Part shown: positions 60,925 to 64,000 of the stretch, in pieces
Position numbering within the stretch: the first letter of the stretch is position 1
How the letters are laid out: each line of letters opens with the position of its first letter
NCBI GenBank assembly: GCA_001800135.1
Contig: MGUU01000010.1
Span: 273,495-337,494, forward strand
From: Elusimicrobia bacterium RIFCSPLOWO2_02_FULL_39_32
GTDB lineage: Bacteria > Elusimicrobiota > Elusimicrobia > 2-02-FULL-39-32
DNA: 64,000 bases
Direction of reading: 5' to 3'
Notes under the pieces: model-generated
What the model was told of the DNA's origin: nothing
Seen by the model: the letters and a program-made list of their open reading frames with translations, nothing else
Database searches by the model: none
Made by a program: the position numbers and the translations under genes

Positions 60925-61854
60925 CTATTTAAAAGGCTTGTTTTTTTTGGAACGAACTTCAACCCATTCATAAATGAGAGGAGTTGCAATCCCAATAGTG
61001 GAATAGGTGCCAATGATCGCTCCGAATATCATGGCAACTGCGAAATCATGTATCACTTCCCCGCCAAAAAAATAAAGGGTAAGCACAACTAAAAAAACAG
61101 TTAGATTGGTAATAATGGTTCTAGAAAGAGTGGTATTGATACTTTGGTTAATAAGCTCATACAACGATTCATTTTTTCTAAACCGGAGACGTTCTCTCAT
61201 AAAGTCAAATACAACGATCGTGTCATTGATGGAATAGCCTGCAATGGTTAGGAGCGCCGCAACAATGGTTACTGTTATTTCTTTATTTAATAGAGAGAAT
61301 AAACCAATGGTTGCTAAAACATCATGAATAATCGCTAAAACTCCTCCCATGCCCCAGATTCCAGAGTGGAATCTAAAAGCAGTGTAGATAATAATACCAA
61401 CAAAAGTTAAAAGAAAAGCAGCGGAAGTTTGTCGGATTAAATGTCTGCCTACTGTTGGACCTACAAATTCTTTCCTTAATAAAATAGGAGATTGTTCTTT
61501 AAAAGATTCTTCTAAAGAGTTTTGGATCAGTTTTCCAATATCGTCTTGTTCAGCAATATTATTTTTTGTTTTTGCTTGGGACCGTATGATAAATATTCCT
61601 TGATCTGGCACGGTTTGAATTTCAACTGAAGATAACTTTTTTTCAGCAAGCGCTTTGCGAATATTTTCCACAGGGGGTGGATTTGTAAATTTAACTTCTA
61701 CCAGAGTTCCTCCGGTAAAGTCTATTCCCCATCTTGGACCCTTTTTAAAAATCAAGGAAGAAATACCAGCAGCTAGAAGAATCCCTGAGAGCGCAAAAAA
61801 TATATATCTTTTTCCTACAAAATCTATGTTTGTTTTGGGTATGAGTTCAAGCAT
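60925..61854 (-). CDS. secF: protein translocase subunit SecF
   Basis: 6-TM SecF with a periplasmic domain and a conserved C-terminal TM bundle. Confidence 0.9.
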   Translation of the reverse strand: MLELIPKTNIDFVGKRYIFFALSGILLAAGISSLIFKKGPRWGIDFTGGTLVEVKFTNPPPVENIRKALAEKKLSSVEIQTVPDQGIFIIRSQAKTKNNIAEQDDIGKLIQNSLEESFKEQSPILLRKEFVGPTVGRHLIRQTSAAFLLTFVGIIIYTAFRFHSGIWGMGGVLAIIHDVLATIGLFSLLNKEITVTIVAALLTIAGYSINDTIVVFDFMRERLRFRKNESLYELINQSINTTLSRTIITNLTVFLVVLTLYFFGGEVIHDFAVAMIFGAIIGTYSTIGIATPLIYEWVEVRSKKNKPFK

Positions 61855-61885
61855 AGTGGCACCTTTTTTTCACTGTGTTAATCCT

Positions 61886-63337
61886 TTAAATACTTAAGGT
61901 AGTATAAGTTTGGCTTTTTAAACGCCAATAGTAATAAGTTCTTGTTACAAAAATCGCTGTAAACATGGATATGAGAATGCCAATGGTTAAAGTAACAGCA
62001 AAACCTTTTACCGGTCCTGTGCCGAATTGAAAAAGAAATAAAGCAGCAATCAGGGTAGTTAAATTAGAATCAAGGATTGTAGTAAAAGCTTTATTATAAC
62101 CTAGATCTAAAGCCATTTTTATAGTTTTATTATTTTTTATTTCTTCCCGCGTTCTTTCTAGAATCAATACATTGGCATCTACTGCCATGCCTAAGGAAAG
62201 AATAATTCCTGCTATGCCGGGAAGCGTTAGAGTAGCTTTGAAATAAACCATGGCTGCTAAAAGAAGCAGGAAATTAAGCAGGAGTGCCATATTGCTGACT
62301 AAACCAGCTCCTTTGTAATAGATGGTCATAAATAAAATTACTAAGCAAATTCCAATTAAACAAGACCATATTCCAGAACGAATGGAGTCCTCGCCTAAAG
62401 TTGGTCCCACAGTTCTTTCCTCAATAATATTTACCGGAGCAGGCAAAGCGCCAGCTCGTAAAACGGTTGAAAGAAGTTTAGCCTCTTCTGTGCTAAAACT
62501 TCCTTCAATTACAGCTTTACCATCTGGGATTCTAGTCCTTATGGTTGGCGCAGATTGCACAACTCCATCTAAGACAATCGCTAAATTTCTATTGATATTA
62601 AGTTCCGTGACTCTGGAGAAAATTTTCGCTCCATCAGGGTTAAATTCAATCGAGACTTCTGGGTAGCCAAATCCTGAACCGCCTCCAAGCTGCACTTTGG
62701 CATTAGTTAGATAAGCGCCGGTCATTTCTGGAGTGGACTTTAAAAGGAAATAGCGTTCTTCCCTGCCAGGCACTAAAACATAGCCGGTTGGAAATAGAGT
62801 AAGAATTTCTTGCGGTAAAGTTGAAGGGTTGGCGGCTGCTGAGGAAAGGCCAATATTTTTATCTCTTAAGGCTGTAAGAATATTTTCCATGGCAGGAGAA
62901 TCATCCACAATCTTAAATTCTAAAAGAGCTGTTTTTCCTATTAGTTCCTTTGCGCGCTCTGGGTCTTTAATGCCGGGAAGTTGAACCACAATCCATTTTT
63001 CTCCTTGTCTTGCAATTAAAGGCTCAGCGACTCCGAATTGATCAATGCGATTTCTAATGATTTCTATGGCTCTATCTAAGGCATCTGTTACAGCGGTTTT
63101 ATGATCCCCTTTTTTATCAATTAGTTTATCTGTATCTAATTCCAGGACTAGGTGAGACCCTCCTCTTAGGTCCAGCCCTAAATTTAATATCTTTCCTAAT
63201 AAAGAGTCTTTATTGAATTCTCTATTTTGCCGTTCTTGAGCAGGAAGCCGATACCATACCAATGTGGGATATAAAAGGTATAAAGAGAGGAGGATAGGTA
63301 CGGCTATTATTGTAAATCGAATGGCGAGTTTATTCAT
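61886..63337 (-). CDS. secD: protein translocase subunit SecD
   Basis: N-terminal TM, large periplasmic domain, C-terminal 5 TM with SecD motifs (LPGIAGIILSLGMAVDANVLI). Confidence 0.9.
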   Translation of the reverse strand: MNKLAIRFTIIAVPILLSLYLLYPTLVWYRLPAQERQNREFNKDSLLGKILNLGLDLRGGSHLVLELDTDKLIDKKGDHKTAVTDALDRAIEIIRNRIDQFGVAEPLIARQGEKWIVVQLPGIKDPERAKELIGKTALLEFKIVDDSPAMENILTALRDKNIGLSSAAANPSTLPQEILTLFPTGYVLVPGREERYFLLKSTPEMTGAYLTNAKVQLGGGSGFGYPEVSIEFNPDGAKIFSRVTELNINRNLAIVLDGVVQSAPTIRTRIPDGKAVIEGSFSTEEAKLLSTVLRAGALPAPVNIIEERTVGPTLGEDSIRSGIWSCLIGICLVILFMTIYYKGAGLVSNMALLLNFLLLLAAMVYFKATLTLPGIAGIILSLGMAVDANVLILERTREEIKNNKTIKMALDLGYNKAFTTILDSNLTTLIAALFLFQFGTGPVKGFAVTLTIGILISMFTAIFVTRTYYYWRLKSQTYTTLSI

Positions 63338-63354
63338 AAAAAGTTGGAAAGAAC

Positions 63355-63717
63355 TTATTCTTTAATCTCTTCTTGTTTGATGGGAGTGGAGACTATTTCA
63401 CCGCTCCCATTTCTGATAATTTCAGAAACAGCGCTTTTTAGAATTTTTACTTTTAAATTTTCAGCTAGTTTGATTTCAACGCTTTTGTCGCCCACAGAGA
63501 CCACTACCGCATAAAATCCTGAAGAGGTTAAAATTTTATCCCCTTTTGTCAAACTTTCCAGCATTTTTTTATGTTGTTTCATTTTTTTTTGTTGAGGGCG
63601 GATTAAAAGAAAATAAAAGATAATGAAAATAATAAAAAGCGGCATTAAACTGACCATAGGGGATGGCGGGGTTGCCTGAAGTCCTGCCGGCACATTGGCA
63701 TAAGCTAAACTGATCAT
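63355..63717 (-). CDS. yajC: preprotein translocase subunit YajC
   Basis: Single TM plus the conserved LIRPQQKK...L..GD.I.T.GG motif. Confidence 0.8.
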   Translation of the reverse strand: MISLAYANVPAGLQATPPSPMVSLMPLFIIFIIFYFLLIRPQQKKMKQHKKMLESLTKGDKILTSSGFYAVVVSVGDKSVEIKLAENLKVKILKSAVSEIIRNGSGEIVSTPIKQEEIKE

Positions 63718-63766
63718 GAATTTCTCCTTAATTTTTTATATAAAATATTATTATAACAAAAATTCC

Positions 63767-64000
63767 TTAATATTCCAATTTTTCTATCTTGCTTCCAGAA
63801 TAATAAAAATGAAGAATTTTTTTGTAAGATGTTCCTTTACGGGCCAATCCTTTTGCGCCATCTTGACACATGCCAATTCCATGCCCCCATCCTTTCCCAC
63901 GAAAAATGAAACCTTTTTTAACTTTTTTAATCTCTTTAAATAGAGTAGAACGTATTCTGTCTGGACCTAAACTCATGCGAAACTGGCTGGCTCGAATGTT
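63767..64000 (-). CDS. SpoIID/LytB domain protein (partial; N-terminus beyond window end)
   Basis: C-terminal GWGHGIGMCQDGAKGLA motif of the SpoIID/LytB family. The reading frame continues past 64000. Confidence 0.6.
   Translation of the reverse strand, partial: NIRASQFRMSLGPDRIRSTLFKEIKKVKKGFIFRGKGWGHGIGMCQDGAKGLARKGTSYKKILHFYYSGSKIEKLEY

Noticed and set aside
60881-61013. 5' extension of the hypothetical ORF overlapping secF
   Set aside because: An 89-nt overlap with a conserved gene's 3' end is unlikely to be coding in both frames. An internal Met gives a conventional intergenic spacing.

Overview
The window is AT-rich (roughly one-third GC by eye), gene-dense bacterial chromosome, mostly coding on the minus strand. 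Gene content points to a diderm (LPS-containing) bacterium that also carries Firmicutes-style regulation: an hrcA-grpE-dnaK-dnaJ operon with CIRCE, and HprK/HPr.

Main blocks, in order:
- 1-3023: partial SGNH hydrolase, a frameshifted NodU/CmcH-type carbamoyltransferase, and SxtJ-like and DUF5989/SxtK-like small membrane proteins.
- 3085-6984: cstA, divergent from a B12-binding radical SAM gene plus a ferredoxin-like protein.
- 6966-12577: rsmE and the dnaJ-dnaK-grpE-hrcA operon, with a perfect CIRCE operator and face-to-face divergent promoters.
- 12685-18575: a glycosylation module. A GtrB/DPM1-like GT2 is flanked by two large paralogous GT-C-like polytopic membrane proteins, one with a TPR tail.
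- 18588-21419: lepB-lepA.
- 21461-30524: a PTS regulatory phosphorelay without permeases (ptsI, ptsH, a GH57 glucanase, EIIA-Man, rapZ, hprK, ptsN), then hpf-lptB-lptA.
- 30653-46496: a long LPS inner-core/Kdo cluster. It holds a kdsC-lptC fusion, kdsD, kdsA, pyrG, kdsB, the hldE kinase domain, a DUF3108-like gene, an ICMT-like methyltransferase, gmhB, lpxK, GT9, an AsnB-like amidotransferase, GT4, an O-antigen-ligase-like protein and GT2.
- 46950-54580: a plus-strand block that interrupts the LPS cluster. It carries small membrane/DUF genes, tRNA-Met(CAT) and tRNA-Cys(GCA), a class II GATase, acs, arfB, dedA, terC and an AI-2E transporter.
- 54582-60330: more core-LPS glycosyltransferases (GT9, GT4, an extended GT9, a DUF374-WaaA fusion).
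- 60925-64000: secF-secD-yajC and a partial SpoIID-like gene.

Non-obvious signals:
- A recurring ~11-nt element, AAGCATAAATT, sits exactly on or just after the stop codons of four minus-strand genes. Each copy creates a tiny 'ML-x-K' mini-ORF.
- A one-base frameshift in a G5 run splits the carbamoyltransferase.
- The DUF3108-like gene has its signal peptide encoded upstream of any canonical start codon.
- There are kdsC-lptC and DUF374-waaA gene fusions.
- A GC-rich structured element lies in a convergent intergenic gap.
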